Virus record (IMG/VR): IMGVR_UViG_3300032332_000814
Span: 1-36,462 of that record
Length of the DNA stretch: 36,462 nucleotides
Strand: one strand, 5' to 3'
Source: a virus
Lineage: Duplodnaviria; Caudoviricetes
The notes below the pieces were generated by a model that was given only the letters and a program-made list of their open reading frames with translations, ran no database searches and was not told where the DNA came from. The first letter of the stretch is position 1. Each line of letters begins with the position of its first letter. Both the position numbers and the translations under genes were made by a program. Below are positions 28,128 through 36,462 of this stretch, piece by piece.

Positions 28128-30389
28128 ATGGCAGAATTTGGATCCCAACAAGAAAAAATAGAACGCGATTATGATGTGAAGGTTCGAAAATATTTAAGAG
28201 ATGTTAAAGAAGGCAAATTGTCACTTGTTAATGTGCCAACAACCTATAGACAAGATGTTGAATCTCGTTTTAAAGCTATGACGAGTGAAGTTAGAAGGTC
28301 AGATATTCAAGGAAAAATTAATGCTGAACGGCAACAATTGAAGGGAGGAGCAACTTCTTCCACTAAAAACCCAGTTGATCCTGAAACAAAAAAACTCGCA
28401 GAAATATATTCTAAACGAATAGTTAATCGTGAGATGGATTTTGAACAGGTGCCGGAGAAGTTTCAACCATTAGTTGAAAGTCAAGTTAAAGAATTTTTGA
28501 GTAAAAATCCAAATTACGTTCCACCAGCTCAACCAAAAACACCTCAAGAAGTAGATCAAATGTTATCGGGTGTATTGGCGACGGACCGTCTTCGCCGAAC
28601 ATCTAGATGGCAAAATCAAAGAGAAACTAATGCCGGTGTTGCTGCTGGTGAAGCTGCCCGTGACGCTGCAAGAAAGCTTGAAGAAGAAACGTATGTGGAA
28701 AGAAATAAACGAACTGATCAACTAAACCGCGACCGACAAATGCTTGACCAGGCAACAGTAAACGCCGGACAAGTTATTCCTACAAATCGTATTGTCGCAC
28801 CAGCACGACCAGCATCAGTACCGGGACCAGCATCAGTACCAGCAGCAGTACCAGCAGTACCAGCAGCAGTACCGGCACCAGCACCAGCAGCAGTACCGGC
28901 ACCAGCAGCAGGAGCACCGGCACCAGCAGCACCGGCACCAGCAGTACCGGCAGCAGGAGCACCAGCAGCAGGAGCACCTAGTGGTACAACAATTGCTGCA
29001 GCGGCGGCCGGTGTTGGTTTGGCCGGTTTGGCAACATCATTTTTATTTGGTGGTAAAAGTGCATCACCAGAAACTACCGGAAACGCATCTGGTATGGTTT
29101 CAAAATTTACTGGCGGTTTTGGCAACTTTTTTTCTAATCGTGGTGGCGGTGGTGCAAGAAACAATCAAAGTGTTGGTGGTAAAATACAACCTGTAACCGG
29201 TAAAGGGTCTGGTGTCGGAGCATTACAACACTATGAACCTATGTTAAATGCACTCAATAAAATTTACACGTTTTTGAGAAGAAATGTTGAATCTGACCGA
29301 AAAAATAGAGAACTTGAAAACAATTATAGAGAAGAATTGGCACTTGAAGAAGAGAAAAGACACAAAGAATTGTTGAAAGCATTAAAAATTTTAATGAGTA
29401 ATATCTTTTCCAGGTCAGGCACACAAACAACTTTATCAAATGAAGGAAATAAAAAATCAAAAGGGTTATTAGCTGGTTTATTGAGTGCTGGTGCTGAAAA
29501 AATTGCCCGTAGAGGTGCCCTTAAGCTTGGAGAAAAAGTAGTTAAAAACTTTGTGGCCAAAAAAATGTTAAGAATGGCAGGAAAAACAGTTCCTTTTGCT
29601 GCATTTTTAGGACTTGGTGCTGCAGCATATAAATGGGCACAAGCCGATAAAGAAGGTAAAGACGGCATTAAGGCCGGTGTAGAAGAACTTTTTACTTGGA
29701 TTCCAGGTATTGGACCAATTGTTGAAGCAGCTAAAATACCAGAACAATTAGATGAAATGGTTGATGAAATCTATAAACAAGAATTTGGTGGTGAAAATCT
29801 TTCTGCCGAAGAAGAAAAAGCGATGAAAGCTCAAATAAGAAAAGAAATCGCAGATGAACTAGCAACTACAATCGACAAAGCAAGTCCTTTAAGTAAAGAA
29901 CAAAATGCAAGAGCAATGGAAATTTTAAAAGGTGTTGCAAAAGAGGTTGAGACTGGTGTAAATGCTACTGTTGAAGCAGTTAAAGGCAATCCAGTTCCAG
30001 CAGTAAATGCTGTTGGTCGTGCAGCTGCACGAGGATTTGGTGCTGCACAAGAAGGTGTTGCACAAGGTGTGAATAAAGTGATGGAAATGGTAGATCCACA
30101 AAGAGCAAACCTACCTACACCTACAACATCTCAAGCTCAACCATTAGACCCCGCTGTTGCCGAAAGAATGATGGAAATATACAGGCAACCACCAGCTCCA
30201 ATAGGAAACCAATCTTCTCCAACTACAACAAATCAACAAGGAACTTCATCCAGTTCGAGTCAATCACCTTCGCCACCAATACCAAGACCTCAAAAAACTT
30301 CAGCTTTAGGTATTGGACCAATGTTATCTGCAAGAAATACAGAAAAATCCTATGTCAGGTCAATCTATACATCAACTTATGTTGTATAA
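28128..30389 (+). CDS. Tape-measure/hub-like protein (gp29-like position)
   Basis: 753 aa, helical and low-complexity, with Gly/Ala hydrophobic stretches; lies between gp51 and gp32. Confidence 0.55.
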   Translation: MAEFGSQQEKIERDYDVKVRKYLRDVKEGKLSLVNVPTTYRQDVESRFKAMTSEVRRSDIQGKINAERQQLKGGATSSTKNPVDPETKKLAEIYSKRIVNREMDFEQVPEKFQPLVESQVKEFLSKNPNYVPPAQPKTPQEVDQMLSGVLATDRLRRTSRWQNQRETNAGVAAGEAARDAARKLEEETYVERNKRTDQLNRDRQMLDQATVNAGQVIPTNRIVAPARPASVPGPASVPAAVPAVPAAVPAPAPAAVPAPAAGAPAPAAPAPAVPAAGAPAAGAPSGTTIAAAAAGVGLAGLATSFLFGGKSASPETTGNASGMVSKFTGGFGNFFSNRGGGGARNNQSVGGKIQPVTGKGSGVGALQHYEPMLNALNKIYTFLRRNVESDRKNRELENNYREELALEEEKRHKELLKALKILMSNIFSRSGTQTTLSNEGNKKSKGLLAGLLSAGAEKIARRGALKLGEKVVKNFVAKKMLRMAGKTVPFAAFLGLGAAAYKWAQADKEGKDGIKAGVEELFTWIPGIGPIVEAAKIPEQLDEMVDEIYKQEFGGENLSAEEEKAMKAQIRKEIADELATTIDKASPLSKEQNARAMEILKGVAKEVETGVNATVEAVKGNPVPAVNAVGRAAARGFGAAQEGVAQGVNKVMEMVDPQRANLPTPTTSQAQPLDPAVAERMMEIYRQPPAPIGNQSSPTTTNQQGTSSSSSQSPSPPIPRPQKTSALGIGPMLSARNTEKSYVRSIYTSTYVV
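28797..28980 (+). repeat. Low-complexity ccagca/ccggca repeat (PAAVPAPAPA)
   Basis: Tandem degenerate ccagcagcagta / ccggcaccagca units. Confidence 0.85.
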
Positions 30390-30415
30390 TAAAAAACCCC
30401 GCCGAAGCGGGGTTT
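30388..30415 (-). terminator. Rho-independent terminator with cUUCGg tetraloop (gp32 side; possibly bidirectional)
   Basis: Minus strand reads AAACCCCGC-TTCG-GCGGGGTTT-TTTATT, between convergent genes. Confidence 0.9.
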
Positions 30416-30429
30416 CATAAACAGATTTT

Positions 30430-31314
30430 TTATGCTTCTTCAGCTAACTTTGAAAAGTATGCCAAATCGTCATCGTCTTCATCAACTGATTCAACTTTAC
30501 GTTGAACTGCCTTTGGTGATTCTTTAATCTGGTCAACTGTCGTTTTTGCAACAGGTGTACCAGTTAGACCAAGAACTTTGTCTAGGCGAGACTTTAAATC
30601 CTCATAAGATTTAAATTCTTTTTCATCAACCAAAAGTTTAAGAGAGTGCTGAGATTTCCAAACCTTTTCAATCTTTGCATCTTCTTTAAACAACGGACTT
30701 GGTGATTCAAACTCAGACTTATCGTAATTCTGATAGCCATCAACTTTACGAATCTTCAATTTGAAGTTTGCGCCAGTCCAATAATCGAAAGGATTCATTG
30801 CCTTTTCATCCTCAAATGCAGGATTCATTGCTTCAGTAATCTTATCGAAAATCTTTTTGCCGAATTTGAACAGTTTGACCTGCCCTTCGTTTTCTGGATT
30901 TTTAGGGTCAGAAACGATATAGACATTGGCCACATAATTAAGTTTACGTTTCTGTTTACGAACGATTTCTTTGTTTGCTTCGATGCCAGAATTCCAAAGA
31001 CTGGAATTATGCTCGCAAACCGGGCATTTATCATTATTTGTCGTAAGGCAGTTATCAATTAACCACCCGCCAGGCCCCTGAAAACCATGTGAAAAGATTT
31101 TAACCCATGGGAGGGAATCTTCACCATCCTCGGGAGATACATCGAGGAATCGAATTGTGGCCATTCCATTGCCGGCCTTATCGACTTCTGGTTTCCAGAA
31201 ATTATCGACAGCTTTTGCACCTTCAGATGATGCATTAAGTGCTTCGATTGCTTTTGTCAACTTATCGAGATTACCACTTTGACGTTGACTTTTGAGTGCT
31301 GCGAAATCTACCAT
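30430..31314 (-). CDS. gp32: Single-stranded DNA-binding protein gp32
   Basis: FWKPEVDKAGNG.ATIRFL, HGFQGPGGWLIDNCLTT...CPVCE, KLFKFGKKIFDKI, NFKLKIRKVDGYQNYDKSEF, acidic tail DDDLAYFSKLAEE. Confidence 0.97.
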   Translation of the reverse strand: MVDFAALKSQRQSGNLDKLTKAIEALNASSEGAKAVDNFWKPEVDKAGNGMATIRFLDVSPEDGEDSLPWVKIFSHGFQGPGGWLIDNCLTTNNDKCPVCEHNSSLWNSGIEANKEIVRKQKRKLNYVANVYIVSDPKNPENEGQVKLFKFGKKIFDKITEAMNPAFEDEKAMNPFDYWTGANFKLKIRKVDGYQNYDKSEFESPSPLFKEDAKIEKVWKSQHSLKLLVDEKEFKSYEDLKSRLDKVLGLTGTPVAKTTVDQIKESPKAVQRKVESVDEDDDDLAYFSKLAEEA

Positions 31315-31371
31315 GATTTTTTCCTTATAACGGTGTGTGAACGGAGTATGAACGACTTATTCAATATATAC

Positions 31372-31400
31372 ATTATATACAAAATTACACATTGTGTCAA
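31372..31400 (-). promoter_or_regulatory. Consensus sigma70 promoter upstream of gp32
   Basis: TTGACA (31400-31395), 17 bp, TATAAT (31377-31372). Confidence 0.85.
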
Positions 31401-31888
31401 GTGTTGTGTGCCAACAACGATTGTAATTGTTTAATCGTATCTTCGACATTTTTGTGTAGGATAGCAATACCACCTGCCTTTCTCCAATCCAATACATTTG
31501 ATTCTGTATCGTCAATCAGAATGGCATCTGGTTTCGCATACTGGTATTTATATTCTTTTCCGGGCACAAAAGTGGATTTAAACGGTACTTTGTGTTTATT
31601 CAACCACGTTCGTTTTTGCAAAGAAACTTTACGAAAATGTTCCTTTACTCCTGTAGAAGATAAAATTTCTGTTGGAATTTTTAACAAAGAAAGATATTTA
31701 ATTAGATGTTCACCTTGTGGCATAAGATCCAATGTTTCAAATTGTTTTGTTGCAATGAAATGCATAAAGTTTGGATGAAACTTATCTTGTCGCAATGTTG
31801 ACGGGTTAATTTTATAAAGTTCTCCATACCTTTTTTCAAAGTCAGCAATAACTCCATCCATATCCAACCATATTTTCTTAATCTTCAT
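31397..31888 (-). CDS. HAD-family 5'(3')-deoxyribonucleotidase-like protein
   Basis: LDMDGVIADF motif I, ILSST, K..WL, ILIDD..SN...W..AGG.AILH. Confidence 0.85.
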   Translation of the reverse strand: MKIKKIWLDMDGVIADFEKRYGELYKINPSTLRQDKFHPNFMHFIATKQFETLDLMPQGEHLIKYLSLLKIPTEILSSTGVKEHFRKVSLQKRTWLNKHKVPFKSTFVPGKEYKYQYAKPDAILIDDTESNVLDWRKAGGIAILHKNVEDTIKQLQSLLAHNT

Positions 31889-32498
31889 AATTTTGAATCT
31901 TGTCCTTTAGTATTTTTTTAAATTTAGTTTTGTCGTAAGAAATAAAAGGTAAATACTTTTCACATTTCATTTTAAAGTTTGGCCAAATATATGTGTCATC
32001 AATCTTCTTCTCCCACATTGGAAAGAAATTTAATATATCATTCATGATAATCAATGTCTCTATGTGAGTAAATTTACTCATAACATTCAATAGAAGTTTA
32101 GGGTACTCATTACTTTTAACCTTTAACAAATCAGATGGATTATCTACTAAATCCAGTAGTTTGTCAAGATCATTTGAAAACATATATGTGAGTGATTGAT
32201 TTACCTTTTGCCATTTTACATAGTTCTCTTCTGCATCCTGACTTAGTAAATCATTTACCCAACCATCAGTTTTTTCCAAAAAGTTTGCAACATAAAACAT
32301 TTTTAAATCAGTCAAAGAATACTTTCTAGATAACTTATAAAAAGTAAATTTATCTTTTTTCTTTGCAAACGTATCTTTAGTTACATTGGTTTTACCATTG
32401 TACTTAAAATAATCGTATGTCTTTGAAGTGAAATGTAATCTTATTGAATTATATAATGCGTATGCAACAAACCCAGAATTCTCTGGTGCAATAATCAT
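31878..32498 (-). CDS. gp59: Helicase loader gp59
   Basis: Y.LYNSIRLHFTS..YDYFKYNGK, KDKFTFYKLSRKY, IETLII, KYLPF; synteny gp33-gp59-gp32. Confidence 0.92.
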   Translation of the reverse strand: MIIAPENSGFVAYALYNSIRLHFTSKTYDYFKYNGKTNVTKDTFAKKKDKFTFYKLSRKYSLTDLKMFYVANFLEKTDGWVNDLLSQDAEENYVKWQKVNQSLTYMFSNDLDKLLDLVDNPSDLLKVKSNEYPKLLLNVMSKFTHIETLIIMNDILNFFPMWEKKIDDTYIWPNFKMKCEKYLPFISYDKTKFKKILKDKIQNYED

Positions 32499-32716
32499 AT
32501 AGGTAGTTTAGAAGATTTCTTAATAAGATTTAAATTTTGTGCTTCATCTTTTAGTTTTGCTTTAAGTGCTGCGGAGATTAAAGTGGCAGCGACCTCAATC
32601 TCCATGCCAGACTTTTCACAATGGTGGCATATAGAATCAATATAATTTATTTTTAATTCTTCCGATAGTTTTTCAATCTTCTGACTGAATTCGGAAATTT
32701 CATCCTTTGTTGGCAT
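32495..32716 (-). CDS. gp33: Late transcription co-activator gp33
   Basis: FS.KIE, YIDSI.H.CE..MEIEVAATLIS..LK.KL..EA..LNLIK...KLPI. Confidence 0.92.
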   Translation of the reverse strand: MPTKDEISEFSQKIEKLSEELKINYIDSICHHCEKSGMEIEVAATLISAALKAKLKDEAQNLNLIKKSSKLPI

Positions 32717-32744
32717 ACGACACTCCTATCAACTCACAATTTTC

Positions 32745-32773
32745 ATTATACACTAATTTTATATAAATGTCAA
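32745..32773 (-). promoter_or_regulatory. Consensus sigma70 promoter upstream of gp33
   Basis: TTGACA (32773-32768), 17 bp, TATAAT (32750-32745); AGGAG SD downstream. Confidence 0.85.
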
Positions 32774-33555
32774 GTTCCAGCTGCTCTAACGGCACAAATT
32801 ATGGTAAAATTTCTAGATATTTCTTCCGAAGTGTTATTTGTATTTCTGAAATATACAGTACCTGATACAAATGGTGTTAAAGTTGCAGCTTCAGAATAAT
32901 TAATAATATACAAATACATCTGCAATCGAGTTACTTGTGCATAACCAGGATTGTAAAAGTTATTCCAACCCGTACTATAAGTACCGCTCGTGCCATAAAA
33001 AGAGTAACTTCGATACTCAAAAGTACTCTCGTCAAATGCTTCCACGGCAAACCAAGCAGCGTAAGGGTCTCCGCCGGTGAAATATAAACCATAACCAGTA
33101 AAATCTACTTTGTACTGAGTAAGAGGTTGCACTCCATTTCGAACCGAATAAGAAGTTGGGTAACCCGCGTTCATACCTCCTGCATCGGCGTTCACACTAT
33201 AAAAAATGTCTCCAACATAATATTGACCATATAATCCGGGGTATGTTACAGCCTGAAAAAATAAGATTCCTTGTGCGGTATATCTACTACTGCCGTCGCC
33301 TTCACTACCAGTATTATCAGCAGTTAAAATAAGATTATTGGTAGTATTAAATCCTAATACCGTTCTATTTAAAAAGTTTGTTGGCATACTAATAGTCGAC
33401 CCACTAAAAGGTACTTTAGCGACTCTTCTAGTATCGTTATCATTTAAAGATACTGTTGCACCTTGTGCTAATCCTAATTCCAATGCAATGGAATCGCCGT
33501 ATGCAGATGAAGCTGAGCGACCTAAACTTATTGGTCCAGAAGAATTTAAAGCCAT
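32770..33555 (-). CDS. Putative virion adhesin/fibre-tip-like protein
   Basis: N-terminus MALNSSGPISLG..SIALELG..TVSLND..VP.SG.TISM..F resembles a common phage structural N-terminal module. The C-terminal domain is Tyr/Gly-rich beta, and a late-promoter-like motif lies upstream. Confidence 0.5.
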   Translation of the reverse strand: MALNSSGPISLGRSASSAYGDSIALELGLAQGATVSLNDNDTRRVAKVPFSGSTISMPTNFLNRTVLGFNTTNNLILTADNTGSEGDGSSRYTAQGILFFQAVTYPGLYGQYYVGDIFYSVNADAGGMNAGYPTSYSVRNGVQPLTQYKVDFTGYGLYFTGGDPYAAWFAVEAFDESTFEYRSYSFYGTSGTYSTGWNNFYNPGYAQVTRLQMYLYIINYSEAATLTPFVSGTVYFRNTNNTSEEISRNFTIICAVRAAGT

Positions 33556-33582
33556 ATTTTTTCCAATTTAGTTATTATTGAT

Positions 33583-33590
33583 TATTTATT
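33583..33590 (-). promoter_or_regulatory. Late promoter candidate for the 32770-33555 gene
   Basis: AATAAATA at the start of the intergenic region. Confidence 0.45.
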
Positions 33591-34071
33591 AACCATAAAA
33601 AATATGTTTGCCTATCGTAACAATTTTTCTTTTATTCCACCCAGGATTTATATAATTGGCATGATAGTACAATGCATTGTTTAATTTTTTTATTCTATGA
33701 CCAATCACAAAAACTTGATATGCTGCTTCTTTTGAAGCAATATATGCATTTGAATTTTTATCAACATATTTTTTCTCTTGGCATACCCAAGAAAATTGGC
33801 ACACAGTTCTGTTTCTTTGATGAACTGTTTTACATATATTGTTTTTAAATTTACCTGATTGCACTCTATTTAAGGTTACTTGTGCTATTGCAAGTTTTCC
33901 CTGAAAAGTTTCTATTCCTGCTTCGTGATATACATTATTGATTAAACAATTTAACTCCGATCGATCATATTCAATTAATTTGTATTTATCATCTAGTGTT
34001 GATATCTGAGTTGTATCTGTAAAACCAAAAAATAAAAGTATAACCAGCAAGATTTTTATCTTGTGTATCAA
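33589..34071 (-). CDS. Cell wall hydrolase, SleB/Hydrolase_2 family
   Basis: N-terminal hydrophobic signal; CL..NVYHEA..E...GK.AIAQVTLNRV, IC..V.Q, CQFSW, ALYYHANYINP.W, IGKHIFY. Confidence 0.92.
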   Translation of the reverse strand: MIHKIKILLVILLFFGFTDTTQISTLDDKYKLIEYDRSELNCLINNVYHEAGIETFQGKLAIAQVTLNRVQSGKFKNNICKTVHQRNRTVCQFSWVCQEKKYVDKNSNAYIASKEAAYQVFVIGHRIKKLNNALYYHANYINPGWNKRKIVTIGKHIFYG

Positions 34072-34110
34072 TATTTTACCTCTTAGATTGTTAAAAGAAA
34101 GATTATTCTT

Positions 34111-34356
34111 TTATGAAGGTTGTGGAAATAATACCTTCGCCTGTGATTCAACATAATATTTAGAAATATCGGTAAAGTTGTTTACCAACATCTTAGCAAA
34201 TTGCGTTTGAGAATTAATAAAATTGTGTGCTGCCTTATTTAAAATTGGATCTTTAATTATCTTATCTGTTAAATTCTTTTTCAACTGTTGCAACATATCT
34301 ATTTGTAATTCGATTGTGACACCTGACATAAACAAACTTTTATAATCTGTGAACAC
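34111..34356 (-). CDS. Small helical hypothetical protein
   Basis: GTG start with TAGGAG SD; 81 aa of amphipathic helices; immediately downstream of tmRNA. Confidence 0.65.
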   Translation of the reverse strand: MFTDYKSLFMSGVTIELQIDMLQQLKKNLTDKIIKDPILNKAAHNFINSQTQFAKMLVNNFTDISKYYVESQAKVLFPQPS

Positions 34357-34377
34357 ATTGTTCTCCTAAAGTTTAGA

Positions 34378-34692
34378 ATGATAGGTTATTCTGTTACGAG
34401 GAAACCTACCGAAACCCTAAGCAGTGTTTAAGCTGCTAATCTGTATTCGCTATCATTTGCGTTTACTTTGATTTATTTTTAACGACTGATATGTCGAGTA
34501 GCCAATCAGTTTACTTATTACTCCGTCGAATCTAGTCAGGCCCATCAAAAGTATATTGGTTTAGATTATCTGGATGTCTGTGATCCCTTAGTCATCTTCA
34601 TTATCGCACAGCGCAGACCAATATACTTTTGGTGGACCTGGTGGGATTCGCACCCACGTCCGAAATACCTTTCTAAAAATCAGTTTACTACC
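34378..34692 (-). ncRNA. ssrA: Circularly permuted (two-piece) tmRNA
   Basis: Minus strand: the acceptor piece ..GGAC GTGGG TGCGAAT CCCAC CAGGTCC A CCA (ends 34630) lies upstream of the coding piece, which starts GGGCCTG ACTAGATTCGACGG (34543). The acceptor stem has G3:U. The tag frame gca aat gat agc gaa tac aga tta gca gct taa gives ANDSEYRLAA* (34460-34428). Outer ends are approximate. Confidence 0.92.
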
Positions 34693-34693
34693 A

Positions 34694-35353
34694 TTAAAAC
34701 TTATTTAGTTGATCCTTATAAAAATCTATTGCTGCAACCAATCCATTGATATGGTCATTTGTTTTCTCTTTAAACACAATTGGTTGACCATCTTCTACTG
34801 CCATAATAATTACCAAATTGTTAATTGGAACACCAATTAATTCTTCGTACATCATTGCATATGCAGTTGTTTGCCAAAAATAATTTAAAATGCCATCTCT
34901 TTTTTTAACTCTTTTAGATGTCTTAAAATCAATTACAGACAATTCGCCATCAAACTCTGCAATACAATCAACACGCCCTGCAAGTCCAAGTTTAATACTC
35001 CATAAACTTTGTTCCTGATAATGAATGTTATTGATTCTATTCAATTCGGGTTTGATAGAAAAAAACATCTCTTTCGCATCAGGCATTATATCACCTAATT
35101 CCTCATTGTTCAAGTACCTTTCACATAGTGTATGGACGTTCGTGCCTCGACCAGAGGCCTTGCGTGAGATTGCGTTTGCCTTCTCTTCTCCGACTCTCCT
35201 ACGCCACGCCATGATCTCTTTCTTCTGTAATGCACCTAGTACGGTGGTCACCGACGGAAGTCTTTCTCCAGTCGGTGTGACATAGTACCGTTTACCATCT
35301 TCATTGACGGTTTTTAAATCTTCAATAGACTTTGGCGGGCAATAGACAAACAT
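34694..35353 (-). CDS. PD-(D/E)XK exonuclease
   Basis: RYYVTPTG..LPSVTTVL, WRRRVG, RGT.VH..CE.YL, AGRVDCIAEFDGELSVIDFKTS, Q..AYA.M; commonly paired with phoH in T4-like phages. Confidence 0.92.
   Translation of the reverse strand: MFVYCPPKSIEDLKTVNEDGKRYYVTPTGERLPSVTTVLGALQKKEIMAWRRRVGEEKANAISRKASGRGTNVHTLCERYLNNEELGDIMPDAKEMFFSIKPELNRINNIHYQEQSLWSIKLGLAGRVDCIAEFDGELSVIDFKTSKRVKKRDGILNYFWQTTAYAMMYEELIGVPINNLVIIMAVEDGQPIVFKEKTNDHINGLVAAIDFYKDQLNKF
34702..34709 (-). promoter_or_regulatory. T4-type late promoter candidate for tmRNA
   Basis: ACTAAATA just upstream of the acceptor piece; the same octamer precedes gp2 (24381-24388). Confidence 0.55.
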
Positions 35354-36063
35354 TACAATCTCTCCAATTCGAATTTATGTTTTGCTTTTAAATATTCTTT
35401 TACGAATCCGGATCGAACAATGTCATCAAACACAAATTCAATATTTGAAACTGTTTTAATTTTTTTCAAAATGCCAATTGCATCTAGAAAACCAGATTTT
35501 TCCTTTTTCATGTTTAAATCATTCTGTGCATAGTCGCCACATAAAAAGAATCGGCAATTTTCACCTACTCTGGTAATTACCGAATCAATCTCATGAAATG
35601 TGGCAGACTGGAACTCATCAAATATAATGATACAATCACGAAATGTCAAGCCCCTTAAAAAAGAAGTTGTTTGAAACTCTACAATATTTTTATTTAAAAG
35701 GAAATGCCATGCATCACCACGGCCAATTAATTCATTGACAATGTTCATGTATGGTTCTTGGTATATCTTAGACTTTTCTTCTAATGTGCCAGGTACAAAC
35801 CCTAAATCTCTAGATGGCACAGCAGAACGAATGATAATAATTTTATTGTAATAAGATGCTTCTTGAATTAAATCTTTTAATGCCAAGTAAAGTGCAAGAT
35901 AAGATTTACCTGATCCTGCACAACCACATAAAATTAGATTTTGTCCTTTTGCATATTCTTCAAAGGTTCTTTCTTGGTTTTTCGTAAGTGGTTTGATATT
36001 CTTTAAGGAGAAATGCTGTTTTTTCACCTCGTCCACTGGAGTATTTTTTTTCCTTTGAGTCAT
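35353..36063 (-). CDS. phoH: PhoH-family ATPase
   Basis: PLTKNQ, GCAGSGKS Walker A, RSAVP.RDLGFVPG, SFLRGLTF, DEFQ, TRVG, GD..QND, DIVRSG. Likely start MTQRKK at 36063 with AAGGAG SD. Confidence 0.95.
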   Translation of the reverse strand: MTQRKKNTPVDEVKKQHFSLKNIKPLTKNQERTFEEYAKGQNLILCGCAGSGKSYLALYLALKDLIQEASYYNKIIIIRSAVPSRDLGFVPGTLEEKSKIYQEPYMNIVNELIGRGDAWHFLLNKNIVEFQTTSFLRGLTFRDCIIIFDEFQSATFHEIDSVITRVGENCRFFLCGDYAQNDLNMKKEKSGFLDAIGILKKIKTVSNIEFVFDDIVRSGFVKEYLKAKHKFELERL

Positions 36064-36159
36064 CCGAATTCTCCTTATAATGTTTTTTTGCAAAAGGGTC
36101 TCTTTTTACAGGAGACACAGGATATACTCGCAACAAATACGGCACTTTATTTAAAGTCA

Positions 36160-36441
36160 TTACCATTCCCTAGGCATTTTAGTTTTGTGTGATTTATCTA
36201 ATGTATTACCTGCCACATTCTTTTTCATGCGGCCAATAATTTCACGTTCAAATCTTGCATCTGGTTGACCAACACCAGGTGTACTCATTCGCATTCCATC
36301 ACCATAACCGGGAAAATTTTCGGCAGTAAAATGCATTTCCAAATGTGGATTCTCTTTTTTGAATTCATCTAGTTTAGTATAACTGAAAGTATATTCTTCA
36401 ATTTCTTTTGAATCTTTATTGACGAATGTATATGTAGGCAT
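36160..36441 (-). CDS. Hypothetical protein with FmdB-like MPTYTF start (no Cys)
   Basis: MPTYTF.N...E......LDEF.KENPHL; usual upstream neighbour of phoH in T4-like phages. Confidence 0.65.
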   Translation of the reverse strand: MPTYTFVNKDSKEIEEYTFSYTKLDEFKKENPHLEMHFTAENFPGYGDGMRMSTPGVGQPDARFEREIIGRMKKNVAGNTLDKSHKTKMPREW

Positions 36442-36462
36442 TATGGAGATCGGAAGAGCACA

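Noticed and set aside
26567-29196. Antisense and alternate-frame ORFs (poly-Q/H, poly-L/V, PAAG)
   Set aside because: By-products of stop-free low-complexity repeats inside the real genes.
34630-34665. Stand-alone tRNA gene
   Set aside because: Only a T-arm and acceptor 3' strand are present; explained as the tmRNA acceptor piece.

Overview
AT-rich segment of a T4-like myovirus genome with cyanophage/freshwater-type gene order. Bases 1-23884 (minus strand) are a baseplate/fibre operon: gp48, gp53, gp27-like hub, gp5 split into three genes, gp25, gp6, gp7-like, a fibre-like protein, gp8, a VrlC/DUF4815-like protein split into two genes, and a fibre with 66-bp repeats. Bases 23944-30389 (plus strand) hold gp4, gp2, a gp54/gp19-like tube gene, gp26, gp51 and two Pro/Ala-rich tape-measure-like genes. 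Bases 30430-36441 (minus strand) hold gp32, a HAD nucleotidase, gp59, gp33, an adhesin-like gene, a SleB hydrolase, an exonuclease and phoH. Main findings: (1) a circularly permuted two-piece tmRNA (tag ANDSEYRLAA*) behind a late-promoter-like motif; (2) the giant structural gene is broken just before its DPLAQTF motif by a Gly6-Cys-Cys CFI-box-like C-terminal domain plus a free-standing ORF resembling the same family; (3) a candidate -1 frameshift (T TTT TTC) fusing gp26 to gp51 just upstream of the tape-measure-like genes; (4) a three-gene gp5 with an HxH tip and no recognisable lysozyme domain. All family calls come from motif recognition and synteny; no database searches were run.
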